The notes below the pieces were generated by a model that was not told the DNA's origin, made no database searches, and saw nothing but the letters and a program-made list of their open reading frames with translations. Source: Fidelibacterota bacterium (GTDB lineage Bacteria; Fidelibacterota; Marinisomatia; Marinisomatales; JAHJCW01). Taken from it: DNA of 64,000 nt. Shown piece after piece: positions 1 to 10,500 of this stretch (position 1 is its first letter; each line of letters starts with the position of its first letter). A program made the translations under genes and the position numbers. The stretch covers positions 10,506-74,505 of the forward strand of contig JBHPEE010000001.1 in assembly GCA_042577295.1 (NCBI GenBank). Reading direction: 5' to 3'.

Positions 1-479
1 TCGATTCTGATGATGCAATTCATAATAAAAAATTAATGCGGATGGGAATGTTTTCCGCTATAGCGATCGCCATTCACAATTTTCCTGAAGGATTGGCAAC
101 CTTTATGGCGGCATTACAAAATCCTGCTTTAGGCATTAGCATCGCTGTTGCGATAGCTATTCATAATATCCCGGAAGGCATTGCCGTTTCTGTGCCAATT
201 TACTTTGCAACAAAAAATCGGAAAAAAGCTTTTGTATATTCCTTTCTATCCGGCCTAGCTGAACCCGTAGGAGCACTTGTCGGTTATTTCTTAATATTGA
301 GAATATTCAACGAAGCTATTTTCGGAATAATCTTTGCGAGCGTGGCTGGAATTATGGTCTACATTTCTTTGGATGAATTATTACCAACAGCAGAAGAATT
401 TGGCGAACATCACGTTGCAATTTATGGGCTGATTGCAGGAATGGCATTGATGGCAATTAGTCTGCTATTGTTTGTCTGA
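1..479 (+). CDS. zupT: ZIP-family zinc transporter ZupT (5'-truncated by window edge)
   Basis: The frame is open from nt 3. It has duplicated HNFPEG / HNIPEG metal-binding motifs in TM helices and a ZupT-like C-terminus. Confidence 0.85.
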   Translation, partial: DSDDAIHNKKLMRMGMFSAIAIAIHNFPEGLATFMAALQNPALGISIAVAIAIHNIPEGIAVSVPIYFATKNRKKAFVYSFLSGLAEPVGALVGYFLILRIFNEAIFGIIFASVAGIMVYISLDELLPTAEEFGEHHVAIYGLIAGMALMAISLLLFV

Positions 480-982
480 TAACTATTTAAATTGCGATCC
501 AAATAAAATGTTGAATAATTTGGCTTATTATTTCTTCATAAAATAGGAATATTTAAATACTATATTAAGAAATAAAGCTCTTTTAATAGAGTTTATTCCG
601 AATAGGACAGGTATTTTATTATTTGTTTTCATACCAGTCCCATTTTACTAATGAGTATAAAAGACTAAAAAATATAATATAACAAAGGAAAAATATAAAA
701 TACTTGATATATCTAATGAGTTTTTTATTATTCTTAAATAGTTATATGGAAATGTGAAAATATGTTCAGATATAATTAAAGATTCAATAGCTCTGTTTTT
801 GTGGAGCGATGTTTATTAGCAAATACTACGTAGTAAGGCACTTCACCTAGTTTGTATCCACAGAAAGAGCAGCCTTAATACAGTTCTATTTGACTATTTT
901 AGTTTGTATTGACAATTACCTTCTGCATATTTAGACTCTAGTCATTAATCAATGTCGTTTTCAACTGTCAGAGAGGGCAATT

Positions 983-1567
983 TTGAATAAAAACGTTAAA
1001 TTAAAAGATGGCACAGAAATCTTATTTTGTAATCTGAAAAAGAAAGACAAGAAGCGATTAACTGAATTTTTCAAATCTCTTCCAAAAGAAGATAGAGTTT
1101 ATTTGCGAAGGGACATAACGGATAAAGAGACTATTAAACAGATCATTAAATCGTCAACGTCCGGTGAGAGTCCGCGCATTGTTGCTCTGGACAAAGACAA
1201 TATCGTAGCATACGGACTTTTAGAATTGGAAAGAAGGCAATGGAATAAACAATCTTGTGAAATCAGGTTGCTTATATCAAAGGATTATCGAAGAAAAGGG
1301 ATAGGAATGCTATTGGCCCGCGAATTGTATTCATTGGCTATTAGCGAAAAGGTCGATGAAATAATTGTGAAAATGATGAAGCCACAAAAGTCAGCGATAA
1401 GCATTTTCAAACGAATGGGTTTTAAACAGGAAGCTGTACTATATGATTATGTTATAGATTTAGAAGGAATGAAACAGGATCTTATAATCATGCGGTGCAA
1501 CATCACTGAAATGTGGAAAGAACTAGAAGAGTATTTAGAAGATTCTGATTGGCAAAGGGTACGTTAG
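983..1567 (+). CDS. GNAT-family N-acetyltransferase (Pat-type GNAT domain-like)
   Basis: 194 aa with a TTG start. The RRKGIG acetyl-CoA pocket motif (R/Q-x-x-G-x-G/A) is present, and the N-terminal 'LKKKDKKRLTEFFKSLPKEDRVYLR' resembles Pat-like GNAT domains. Confidence 0.7.
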   Translation: MNKNVKLKDGTEILFCNLKKKDKKRLTEFFKSLPKEDRVYLRRDITDKETIKQIIKSSTSGESPRIVALDKDNIVAYGLLELERRQWNKQSCEIRLLISKDYRRKGIGMLLARELYSLAISEKVDEIIVKMMKPQKSAISIFKRMGFKQEAVLYDYVIDLEGMKQDLIIMRCNITEMWKELEEYLEDSDWQRVR

Positions 1568-1904
1568 CCCAGAACATAGCGTTCAAAATCTAATAGCCAT
1601 TTTTTTCTCTCTAATCCTCCTCCATAACCTGTTAAGTTACTATCTTTACCGATACCCAATGGCAGGGTAAAATGATCGCAATGCGATTATGTCCATTAGC
1701 ATTCGCAACGGCTCGAACCGCTTTTGGATTATTTAGTTTGATTGCCTGTTGTTGATATGACCATGTTTTGCCATAAGGAATTTTCCTTAACATTTCCCAA
1801 ACAACCTTACATCCACAAAAAGTATTTCCACAATTAGGTATTATTTGAATAACAATGAATTGATTTGACAAAATCATTTTTCTATAAGAAACACTGTGCA
1901 GCAC
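1564..1904 (-). pseudogene. Short MGMT/Ogt-family methylated-DNA--protein-cysteine methyltransferase, frameshifted at the active site
   Basis: The listed ORF (1632..1904) reads KVVWEMLRKIPYGKTWSYQQQA...RAVANANGHNRIAIILPCHW and then stops after VSVKIVT. A different frame of the next 70 nt encodes IGKDSNLTGYGGGLERKKWLLDFERYVLG*, the canonical Ogt C-terminus. A 1-nt indel near 1650-1655 explains this. Confidence 0.6.
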
Positions 1905-2085
1905 GAATCTTGTGATTTTTGAAATATAAATAAAGATGTTTAATAGACTATGAAGTTGTAAAAAATAATTATATATTAAACGTCAATTATTTAAGAATCT
2001 AATTGTGTTTATTGACCAATCTTTTTGGAATCAAATTGTATTATGCAATCACTTTTTTTTAAAAATTGAATATAAGGATTAGACT

Positions 2086-3429
2086 ATGTTTAAAGAACAT
2101 CCAAAGGGCCTGTATATACTTTTCTTTACGGAAATGTGGGAGAGGTTTAGTTATTACGGAATGAGAGCAATTTTAACGCTTTATATGATCACTGAAGTAT
2201 CACAAAAAAATCCCGGATTGGGATGGGACGATGCTTTGGCACTGTCAATTTATGGATGGTATACAATGGCTGTTTACGTTATGTCTATTCCGGGTGGTAT
2301 TATTGCAGATAGATGGCTAGGACAAAAAAAGACGGTCTTGTTTGGAGGAATTTTACTAGTATTTGGGCATTCAATACTTGCTATTGATGCTATGTGGGCT
2401 TTTGCAACAGGTTTAACTTTTATTGTCCTCGGAGTTGGCGGTTTAAAACCTAATATTTCAACAATGGTAGGAGGACTTTATAGGAAAGGAGATCCGAGAA
2501 GAGACCACGGTTTCACAATATTTTATATTGGAATAAATCTTGGTGCATTCCTTTCTTCTTTAGTAGTTGGAGGTGTAGGTGAATTATATGGCTGGCATTA
2601 CGGTTTTGGATTAGCTGGAATAGGAATGCTTCTTGGAGTTTCAGTTTTCCTTTACGGGCATAAATATTTGAAAGATGTTGGTGAACCACCTGCAAAGAAA
2701 AAAGAAACAGAAACTGCAATACATTCTCCTCTGACAAAAATTGAAAAAGACAGAATGGTTGTTTTGTTTTTATCCTTTATAATTATTATTGTTTTTTGGG
2801 CGGCTTTCGAGCAGGCAGGCGGTCTGATGAACATTTATACTAATTCAAAAGTGGATCGGATGTTATTAGGGTGGCAAATACCTACTTCGTGGTTTCAATC
2901 ACTTAATCCGTTTTTTATAATGACTTTAGGTACTGTTATAGCTACATTCTGGTTAAAGAGACAACGCTCAAACAAAGAAGCATCAACTTTATTTAAAATG
3001 GCAATCGGTACAATGATCATGGGTACCGGCTTTTTAATGATGTCAGGTGCTACATTACAAGCAGGCAGTGCTGGACAAGCCGGAATGTATTGGATTATTG
3101 CCGCATACTTATTACACACAATCGGAGAATTGTGTGCTTCACCAACGGCATTATCCTTTATTACTAAATTGGCACCTGTTAAATACGGGTCATTAATGAT
3201 GGGGTCTTATTTTGCTGCAACCGGTTTGGGTAATAAAGTTGCTGGTATGCTTGGCGGTTCAGCTGCACAAGCTGGAGAATTACAAGTATTTACTGGAATT
3301 TTCATTTTTACCGCTGTATTTGGTATCCTTTTGCTTGTCTTTTTAAAGAAGTTAAAGGCGCTTACACACGGTGCTGAAGATCTTATTGAGGATGAATCAG
3401 AAATAGCAGTTGAACTTGATAAAGCCTAG
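2086..3429 (+). CDS. Proton-dependent oligopeptide transporter (POT/PTR2 family, DtpT-like)
   Basis: 447 aa polytopic membrane protein with the POT signatures ERFSYYGMRAIL and GGIIADRWLG. Confidence 0.9.
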   Translation: MFKEHPKGLYILFFTEMWERFSYYGMRAILTLYMITEVSQKNPGLGWDDALALSIYGWYTMAVYVMSIPGGIIADRWLGQKKTVLFGGILLVFGHSILAIDAMWAFATGLTFIVLGVGGLKPNISTMVGGLYRKGDPRRDHGFTIFYIGINLGAFLSSLVVGGVGELYGWHYGFGLAGIGMLLGVSVFLYGHKYLKDVGEPPAKKKETETAIHSPLTKIEKDRMVVLFLSFIIIIVFWAAFEQAGGLMNIYTNSKVDRMLLGWQIPTSWFQSLNPFFIMTLGTVIATFWLKRQRSNKEASTLFKMAIGTMIMGTGFLMMSGATLQAGSAGQAGMYWIIAAYLLHTIGELCASPTALSFITKLAPVKYGSLMMGSYFAATGLGNKVAGMLGGSAAQAGELQVFTGIFIFTAVFGILLLVFLKKLKALTHGAEDLIEDESEIAVELDKA

Positions 3430-3662
3430 TAAATTGATGGTTTTCTAATTAAAACAGGTGTTTTATATTCAAGTTAAAAAACATGAAATCATCCTCAATA
3501 TATGCAATTTATCGAGTATGATTTTTCTGAGAGCGATTGCAGGCTGGATCTGCCGATCCCTGCCGCGTGAAGACAGTGTTTAACGAGGAGAAATTTTAAA
3601 AGTGTGCTACAACAGTGCTACGCTACTGTCCACTTCTGTCATAGTAAACTAATAATTAACAT

Positions 3663-3692
3663 AAAAAGCCCTGTGAAAAACAGGGCTTTTTA
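3663..3692. terminator. Bidirectional intrinsic terminator between convergent genes
   Basis: AAAAAGCCCTG-tgaaaaa-CAGGGCTTTTT: a perfect 7-bp GC-rich stem flanked by an A-tract and a T-tract, 17 nt downstream of the TonB-receptor stop. Confidence 0.7.
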
Positions 3693-3708
3693 TTATCATC
3701 TTTTTAGA

Positions 3709-6700
3709 TTAAAACATATATCGCAGACCGACCTGTAAACCCCATCTAGAAAATGGACCTGGATCATCAATAAATGTTTCTTTGATATCACTATTAAATT
3801 TCAAAATCGGTTCGCCTCCGTCAGTCCAACCAGTAAGCTCGAGTGGTGTTGTTGCAGCCGGACTAGCAACTTTCCTTACACCCCAACTGTTATTCACAAG
3901 ATTGGCAACATTCAATAAGTCGATAGTGAACTGGAATGCGCCTACATTGGTTTTGAAATTGTGTAGCACTCGTAGATCAATATTGCTGAACCAAGGATTG
4001 GTCAATCCATGCCTTTCTGCAATTTCACCACGATGTTCGCTAAGATATGAATCTTGCTTAATAAAAGCATTTAAATCGTTCCAATTGCTTGATTCATCAA
4101 GAACAATATCGTTTGCATTATTGGGTATATAGATTAAATCATTTCCACCGACACCATCACCATTTACATCGCCTGCATAAGTGAATGAATAGCGATTACC
4201 GCCTGAATATGTATAACGATTACCTTCTGCTACTTCCACAAACACACCAATATTTGATGAATGTTCAGAATTCCAATTATGCGTATAATTTGCTGTACCA
4301 ATTATACGATGACGGTTACCAAATTCTGAATAACTTAAATTCGGTTTATTCGGGTCTCCCTGTATAGGCTGGCTTTGCCATAATACACTTGCGATTTCTG
4401 TTGATTTTAGATTGTTCTTGGCTTGCAAATAAGTATATGCCAAACTTGTATTTAATCCCGAATCAAACTCTTTCCGGACTTGTGCTGTTATTGTAAGATT
4501 ATAACCTTCATCAGTATTATCAATTACATATACACCCGCAGCTTCTCCGGGGTATGCTTCGTTTAGTTCACGATCAGTTGTAGTTGCACCATAATATGGT
4601 CTACCATCATCTAAATAACGTTCCGGAACATCTAGATCAGCATTCCTCATATAAATGGCATTAATATCTTTTCCATATACAACCTCAAATGTTCCAAGTA
4701 AACCCATTGGCAATTTGGAATCAATAGCAAAATTAGTTGTCCACACTTGCGGCCACTTGAAGTCCTCCACCATTGCATTTAGATCAAATGATTGTTGTAA
4801 TACTGATTTACCTTCAGTATCTCTATTTTCGCCGCTGTCAGTCTCATTGGAATTCTCAGAAATACCTTCCCCGGGATACAGATTTGGATTTGCACCAGGA
4901 TTAGAAAGGACGTTACCAATCCATACAAACGGTAAATGTCCTGTGAAGATACCCGTTCCGCCACGTACTTGCATTGAACGATCTCCTTTGACATCCCAAT
5001 TAAAACCAAAACGCGGTGACCATAGTAATTGTGGATCAGGTAATTTGCTCTGATCAACAGTTTCTGGATCGTCATTTTCATCCAATAATGTTAGTCCTCT
5101 TGAGAATGGATTATCGATAGGATCAGTATTATACATTGGAACGTCAACACGCAGTCCAAAAGTGAGATTTAGATTTCTGGAAGCTACATATTCATCCTGT
5201 GCATAAACTGAAAATTGCCCTACATCTATTAACTCGCCCTTAAAGGGTCCTGAACCAACAAAAGAATTGAAATCAGCAAAATTGTCTGCATCATCTGGGT
5301 CGGTTCGTGCGAAAAAATTATCCAAAGATGAATAAGTCGAGGCTCCAAGAAAGTCCAAATATCCAGCACCAGGGAAGAGTAGATCGAGATCGCCCGTGAG
5401 TTGAAAGAGACCATGACGGAAGATATTGAAGGAATTAAAGAACTTAAATTGTTCATAATTCACACCAGCAGTAAAGACGTGTGGACCCATAAAGTAACTA
5501 ATATTATCAGTAATTTGTAGGACATCCTGGTCGAGTATATTATGTATGGAAAAAGGTTCATACCCCACGGTTGTATATGTCACACCATCCTCTCCAATTT
5601 CAATTGTTGGAAAGTCTGCACTAAATGGTTCACGGAAATCACGGAAACGATTATAACTCGCAAAGAAATGGTTTGCTATTTTTTCACTGAACATGCTGTT
5701 TAATTCGAATGCTAGTGAATGTAAATTATTGTTTATAGCATAACCGGAATTTTGGAATGGTAAACTCGTACTATTTGGACCACGGCCAGTGCCATTAAAA
5801 CTTAGTACAAAACCATGTGGACCTAAATCACGAACAGCATCAAGATAATTATATCTGAATGATGCATTGTGTTTATCGCTGATATTCCAATCAAGTTTTA
5901 AGAGCAACTTATCATTCTCAGTTTTATGCTTATATCCTTGGTATGATCCTGTATCGTAATCATAAACATCCATCATAACCTGACGAATTCGATCCATCGT
6001 GGAAGGGCTAACACGCGATTCTCCAAGCCCATTACCCTCAGCAGCCACAAAGTTTGATCCAGGATCTTCTTTGCGTTCCATTTCACCATTTACGAAGAAA
6101 AATAGTTTGTTTGGAATAATTGGTCCACTAAAAGTAAAACCAGTTTGGTTATAAAATTGATCAGGATCTGCAAATATCTCATTCCCATTTACTTTATTAC
6201 CAACTAATCTGTCATTTTGTACGAAAGTGTAAATCGAACCTTTAAATTTATTAGTCCCGCTCTTGGTAATTGTATTTATTCCTGCTCCTGTATAACCACC
6301 TTCAGTGACTTTAAATGAGGCAACTGATACTTGCACTTGCTCAACCGCATCGAAGGGTATTGATTCAGCATTGGCTTGGCCACCTGGTGCTGGATCATCT
6401 AATCCAAAAGCATTGTTAAAGTTTGAACCATCAACTGATATGTTGTTATACAGCCAATTCTTACCACCAAAACTAAAATTGCCATCACTACGTGGATCTA
6501 ATCGTGTTAAGTCTCGAGTACTTCTTTTAATTGAAGGCATTTGGGTTAATAAATCATCACCGATAAACGTGGCGGCACCAGTTCGGTCTGAATTAAGAAC
6601 AGCGTCTTGAACTCCTGCAACTTCAACTTCCATCATTTCAATTGCTTTAACCTCAAGTTTAAAATCAATACCTTGAGTTTGACCCAATATCAAAAATACA

Positions 6701-6987
6701 TCGGTTTTTTCTTGAGTTTGGTAACCGATATACGAAACAGTAATTTTGTAAGGACCTCCTGCTCGCATATTAGGAATGGTAAAAAGACCACCATTTCTGA
6801 CAGATGCTCCATATTGGGCACCACTTGGTTCATGCACTACAACTACATTTGCGCCAACAAGCGGATTGCCATCAGTATCATTTACAAAACCATCAAGACC
6901 AGAAGTTGTGACTCCTTGGGCAAAAATTATGGAAGTGTAAAAAATAAGAATGGTAACTATGGCGCGAAGAGATTTTTGGTGTTTCAT
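3709..6987 (-). CDS. TonB-dependent outer-membrane receptor, Oar-like, with N-terminal carboxypeptidase-regulatory-like domain
   Basis: Signal peptide, then a CarboxypepD_reg-like segment (GFVNDTDGNPLVGANVVV...YKITVSYIGYQ), a long beta-barrel rich in G/N/Y/F and a terminal ...GLRYMF. The ATG at 6987 follows AAGGAG, so it is preferred over the ORF-track start at 7002. Confidence 0.85.
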   Translation of the reverse strand: MKHQKSLRAIVTILIFYTSIIFAQGVTTSGLDGFVNDTDGNPLVGANVVVVHEPSGAQYGASVRNGGLFTIPNMRAGGPYKITVSYIGYQTQEKTDVFLILGQTQGIDFKLEVKAIEMMEVEVAGVQDAVLNSDRTGAATFIGDDLLTQMPSIKRSTRDLTRLDPRSDGNFSFGGKNWLYNNISVDGSNFNNAFGLDDPAPGGQANAESIPFDAVEQVQVSVASFKVTEGGYTGAGINTITKSGTNKFKGSIYTFVQNDRLVGNKVNGNEIFADPDQFYNQTGFTFSGPIIPNKLFFFVNGEMERKEDPGSNFVAAEGNGLGESRVSPSTMDRIRQVMMDVYDYDTGSYQGYKHKTENDKLLLKLDWNISDKHNASFRYNYLDAVRDLGPHGFVLSFNGTGRGPNSTSLPFQNSGYAINNNLHSLAFELNSMFSEKIANHFFASYNRFRDFREPFSADFPTIEIGEDGVTYTTVGYEPFSIHNILDQDVLQITDNISYFMGPHVFTAGVNYEQFKFFNSFNIFRHGLFQLTGDLDLLFPGAGYLDFLGASTYSSLDNFFARTDPDDADNFADFNSFVGSGPFKGELIDVGQFSVYAQDEYVASRNLNLTFGLRVDVPMYNTDPIDNPFSRGLTLLDENDDPETVDQSKLPDPQLLWSPRFGFNWDVKGDRSMQVRGGTGIFTGHLPFVWIGNVLSNPGANPNLYPGEGISENSNETDSGENRDTEGKSVLQQSFDLNAMVEDFKWPQVWTTNFAIDSKLPMGLLGTFEVVYGKDINAIYMRNADLDVPERYLDDGRPYYGATTTDRELNEAYPGEAAGVYVIDNTDEGYNLTITAQVRKEFDSGLNTSLAYTYLQAKNNLKSTEIASVLWQSQPIQGDPNKPNLSYSEFGNRHRIIGTANYTHNWNSEHSSNIGVFVEVAEGNRYTYSGGNRYSFTYAGDVNGDGVGGNDLIYIPNNANDIVLDESSNWNDLNAFIKQDSYLSEHRGEIAERHGLTNPWFSNIDLRVLHNFKTNVGAFQFTIDLLNVANLVNNSWGVRKVASPAATTPLELTGWTDGGEPILKFNSDIKETFIDDPGPFSRWGLQVGLRYMF

Positions 6988-7291
6988 ATTTACTCCTTGC
7001 AAATAATCTTTAAATATTCTAACAAATGAAAGGGGGGCATTTATTAGAGCCTATTGTAAATTTAATTATTAATAATATAATAAAAAAGCATATACAAGAA
7101 AAATGGTATAATATTTAAACAATGTATTAAATATTTAATAGTCTAAAACAAACAAAGGTACTCACAAAAGGTATTTTATTCCTTTCGAGATATTTCTTTT
7201 CGCCATTATATTTCCAAAGAAAGTGTGCCCACTTTGTAGTTTTTTGATGGTATTAAAATATACTATATACTTCACATAAATATATTTAAAT

Positions 7292-7999
7292 ATGAAAACC
7301 GAATTTGATATTATTGGATTTGATGCAGATGATACTCTTTGGATAAACCAACCAAACTATGATGACGCTGAAAATGAATTCTGTGAATTACTTTCCAATT
7401 ATATTAACCCAGAAGCACTTTCTAAAGAACTATATATAACTGAGATGCAAAACCTTTCCTTGTATGGATATGGTGCTAAAAGTTTTATGTTATCAATGAT
7501 CGAAACAGCAATTAGAATTACTAAAAAAGAAGTAACACAAATCATAATAAATGACATTATAACTCTTGGTAAGAAACTTATAAATAGACCTATCACATTA
7601 TTAAATGGTGTAAAGGAAGTGCTGGAGTTTTTTAATGGAACAGGCATAAAAATTATATTAGTAACAAAAGGTGATTTGATTGACCAAAAAAGGAAACTCC
7701 ATAATTCCAAACTTGAGAAATTCTTTCACCATATAGAAATTATGAGTGATAAAAAAGAATCAGATTATCTAAAACTTTTATCACATTTAAATGTTGAATC
7801 TGAACGATTTCTAATGATTGGCAATTCATTAAAATCCGATATTATTCCCGTTCTAAATATCGGGGGATTTGGAATACACATTCCTTATCATACAAATTGG
7901 CAACACGATTATGTCGATAAAATTGAGAAACACTCCAATCTTATTGAAGTAGAAAATATTGCCAAAATTATTAAATTATTCAGAGGAAAAAATAAATAA
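7292..7999 (+). CDS. HAD-superfamily hydrolase
   Basis: N-terminal nucleophile motif IGFDADDTLW (DxDxT), motif II VTKG, and a downstream IGNSLKSD region. Confidence 0.7.
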   Translation: MKTEFDIIGFDADDTLWINQPNYDDAENEFCELLSNYINPEALSKELYITEMQNLSLYGYGAKSFMLSMIETAIRITKKEVTQIIINDIITLGKKLINRPITLLNGVKEVLEFFNGTGIKIILVTKGDLIDQKRKLHNSKLEKFFHHIEIMSDKKESDYLKLLSHLNVESERFLMIGNSLKSDIIPVLNIGGFGIHIPYHTNWQHDYVDKIEKHSNLIEVENIAKIIKLFRGKNK

Positions 8000-8320
8000 C
8001 TCCAGCTTGCTAAGGTGACCCGATATATCCATTTGGTCATTCTGATACATTTTATTTAAAAAGAAATGTTGTGGGGGAGATTTTTCATCTCTGTATCTCT
8101 GGGCAGAGATTTATTTGGTGCATGATGATGGGCAGGAAACGTCAATATTAGCTTTGTAAAGACCAGGTCTCTTTGCAAAACCCACCGTTTTTGACACACT
8201 CAAATTAGCCCATTTGTTTTGGGACACGTTTTGGGGACTAATTGTCTGCTAAAATCAACAAAAACATATTAACAATGCTGACTTTTGGAGATGATACTGC
8301 CAATAATAAATTTAATAACA

Positions 8321-8354
8321 TAGGAAACCATCTCTTTTTAGAGGCGGTTTCCTA
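8321..8354. terminator. Strong hairpin downstream of the transglutaminase-like gene (probable terminator)
   Basis: TAGGAAACC...GGTTTCCTA (9 bp) plus inner CTC/GAG pairing. It lies 52 nt past the stop of the minus-strand gene, with moderately T-rich flanks on both strands. Confidence 0.5.
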
Positions 8355-8406
8355 TAATTTTAAACGTAGGTTTACAGCATAATTACTACGTTTTTCTGAA
8401 AGTTAT

Positions 8407-9663
8407 TTATATCGTGTTTGGTGTTCTCCAAAACTGTTTATCGTCTGTTGTGTAAATTATACTCGAACGATTACCAGTAATCTCATGGAAATTTTCATTT
8501 GTATGATTATAGCCCTCAGGAAGCAGTTGAACATAAATTCTTATCTTTCGTGGGTACATTTCATAAGCTGGAATACTGAATAGGGGAATTGCAATCCTGA
8601 AAAGGTTTTTAGTCATATAATCATATAAATATTGTTCACCGCCACCTTCATATGGTTCGTTGTTCCAGTTTATTTCTGGTGACGCAAAAACAGGTAATCC
8701 GTTCATGAGATTATTCCTTACTTCGGCTATGCTTAACAGGTTACCCTGACTATCTTTTACATAAGTCTCAAATGATGGATCTATCCAAAGCCATTTGTTC
8801 AGTGATGGAGAGAATACTTCAACAATAACATGCCATTCATGGATAATGAAAGGGTCTCCTTTGGGATAACATGAAACTATCCTTGATTTTAAACCCATTG
8901 CAAGGTATACCTCATTCATAACTGTAGAAATCATCCAACAGTTTAGCCCCTTTTTTTCTGTTTGACATAATTCAATTAACGCGTCTGCATGTCTATCGGT
9001 CGGTTCTCCTGAATTACCATCATGCCTTATAGTGTTATGAACCCAACTCATAAGATTAAGTATTTTTGAAACATCATCACCATTACCAGCGATTGAATCT
9101 AGATTATATTTCTCTTTTAATTCAGGCAGAGAGCCCCAATCCTCGTCGACATATATGAAAGGAGTCAATTTTGATTCAATCGCATTATATGTTTTGTATT
9201 CTTTTAGAATTTTACCCCATCCTTTTTCTTCAAACTTTACTAATAAATTCTGAAAATCTTGATTGCTTCTTATATTATTAAAGGCGACATCTCTACTAAT
9301 ATGATAATTGTTATTTCGATAGTAAGTAGAGTACGATGTAAACGCTAGGTCATAATAGTTTTGAAGATACACTAATGCAGAATCTGGTTGGTTCAATAAA
9401 GAGTATGCGCGAGCGATATCATAATTTAAATTTTCAAAATTAAGGATATTGCTTGTTTTTTTCTTATCATCAGATTCATGGTTTAAATACAAATTATACA
9501 TCTTTTTCATTGATTCAATTGCTTTTTCATACTGACCTAATTCCCAACATGAAACTCTTTTGTCCTCTTCAATAGAGAATTCCTCAGAAATATCTATTTT
9601 ATCCTGTGCCGTAATTATAAGTGAGAATAAAATTGGGATTATGATATAAATTGGTTTTTTCAT
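8407..9663 (-). CDS. Secreted transglutaminase-like cysteine-protease-fold protein with TPR-like N-terminal region
   Basis: Signal peptide, then a Cys-His-Asp core arrangement (GLNCWMISTVM ... HEWHVIVEVF ... WIDPSF) typical of the transglutaminase-like superfamily. Confidence 0.6.
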   Translation of the reverse strand: MKKPIYIIIPILFSLIITAQDKIDISEEFSIEEDKRVSCWELGQYEKAIESMKKMYNLYLNHESDDKKKTSNILNFENLNYDIARAYSLLNQPDSALVYLQNYYDLAFTSYSTYYRNNNYHISRDVAFNNIRSNQDFQNLLVKFEEKGWGKILKEYKTYNAIESKLTPFIYVDEDWGSLPELKEKYNLDSIAGNGDDVSKILNLMSWVHNTIRHDGNSGEPTDRHADALIELCQTEKKGLNCWMISTVMNEVYLAMGLKSRIVSCYPKGDPFIIHEWHVIVEVFSPSLNKWLWIDPSFETYVKDSQGNLLSIAEVRNNLMNGLPVFASPEINWNNEPYEGGGEQYLYDYMTKNLFRIAIPLFSIPAYEMYPRKIRIYVQLLPEGYNHTNENFHEITGNRSSIIYTTDDKQFWRTPNTI

Positions 9664-10071
9664 TGATTCATCCTTAGGTTTATTAATAATATGACCCTAA
9701 TTATGGTTAATTGTTGTCATGCTCTTTCAACTTATTCTTTTGCCTGTTCTCTTTATCCAATCTTAATGGATATGTTGATTGGTCCCGTACCATGAACCTC
9801 CTAATGTCTGACACAGTGGGTAGATCTGAAAAAAATACAAAAACAACCGAATGTATATCTAAGTTATAAAATCTTTGCCTGGATTATGGTATTAATTGTT
9901 TTATTACCACTAAATCTTTTTGAATTTTCGTTTCCATCATTTTTATCTCATTTGATTAACTTTATATGATAAGGCACTTGTGTACATATATCAACAATTA
10001 AACAATAATTCTGTTTAAATTGATTAATGCATTTAACAAATTTTAAACATATTGGAAAGAACGGATATGTC

Positions 10072-10500
10072 ATGAATAAAATAATAATAGGTCTTGGGAT
10101 TTGTGCGTTCAGTATTCTAATAATGAACTGCGCTCAAGCTACTATTAAAAAAGAGACAATACTTTATTCTAATATAATTGCAACAGACCAATATACGGAA
10201 TTTAATCAAAGGGTAAGAAAAGCCGGAAATATTGAAACCCCCGTCGAATTGATCAAATATTATTTGGGTGAAATTGATGCAGATCAAGATATTGACATTT
10301 CCGTTGCCCAAGTAGAAAATAATCAATATGAAATCACTCTAATTCAAGAAAATATCAAAGATGATTCAATTGCAGGAATGAAAATCATTATGGTCGCTAA
10401 AATCTATAATAACCTATGGACTGTAATTGATATTCAACAAACTTGGAAATGCCAAAAAGGACGTGGTCCTTCCAAACTTAGTAAAAAACTATGTAATTAA
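10072..10500 (+). CDS. Hypothetical lipoprotein
   Basis: MNKIIIGLGICAFSILIMNC is a lipobox-like signal peptide. The internal ATG at 10072 is preferred to the ORF start at 10027. No recognisable domain. Confidence 0.5.
   Translation: MNKIIIGLGICAFSILIMNCAQATIKKETILYSNIIATDQYTEFNQRVRKAGNIETPVELIKYYLGEIDADQDIDISVAQVENNQYEITLIQENIKDDSIAGMKIIMVAKIYNNLWTVIDIQQTWKCQKGRGPSKLSKKLCN

Noticed and set aside
3782-7029. Several plus-strand ORFs (3782-4132, 4185-4367, 4655-5053, 6305-6610, 6607-7029) and the minus-strand ORFs 4779-5081 and 5229-5456
   Set aside because: All lie inside the 1,092-aa TonB-dependent receptor gene, either antisense or out of frame. Their translations are low-complexity with no start-site support.
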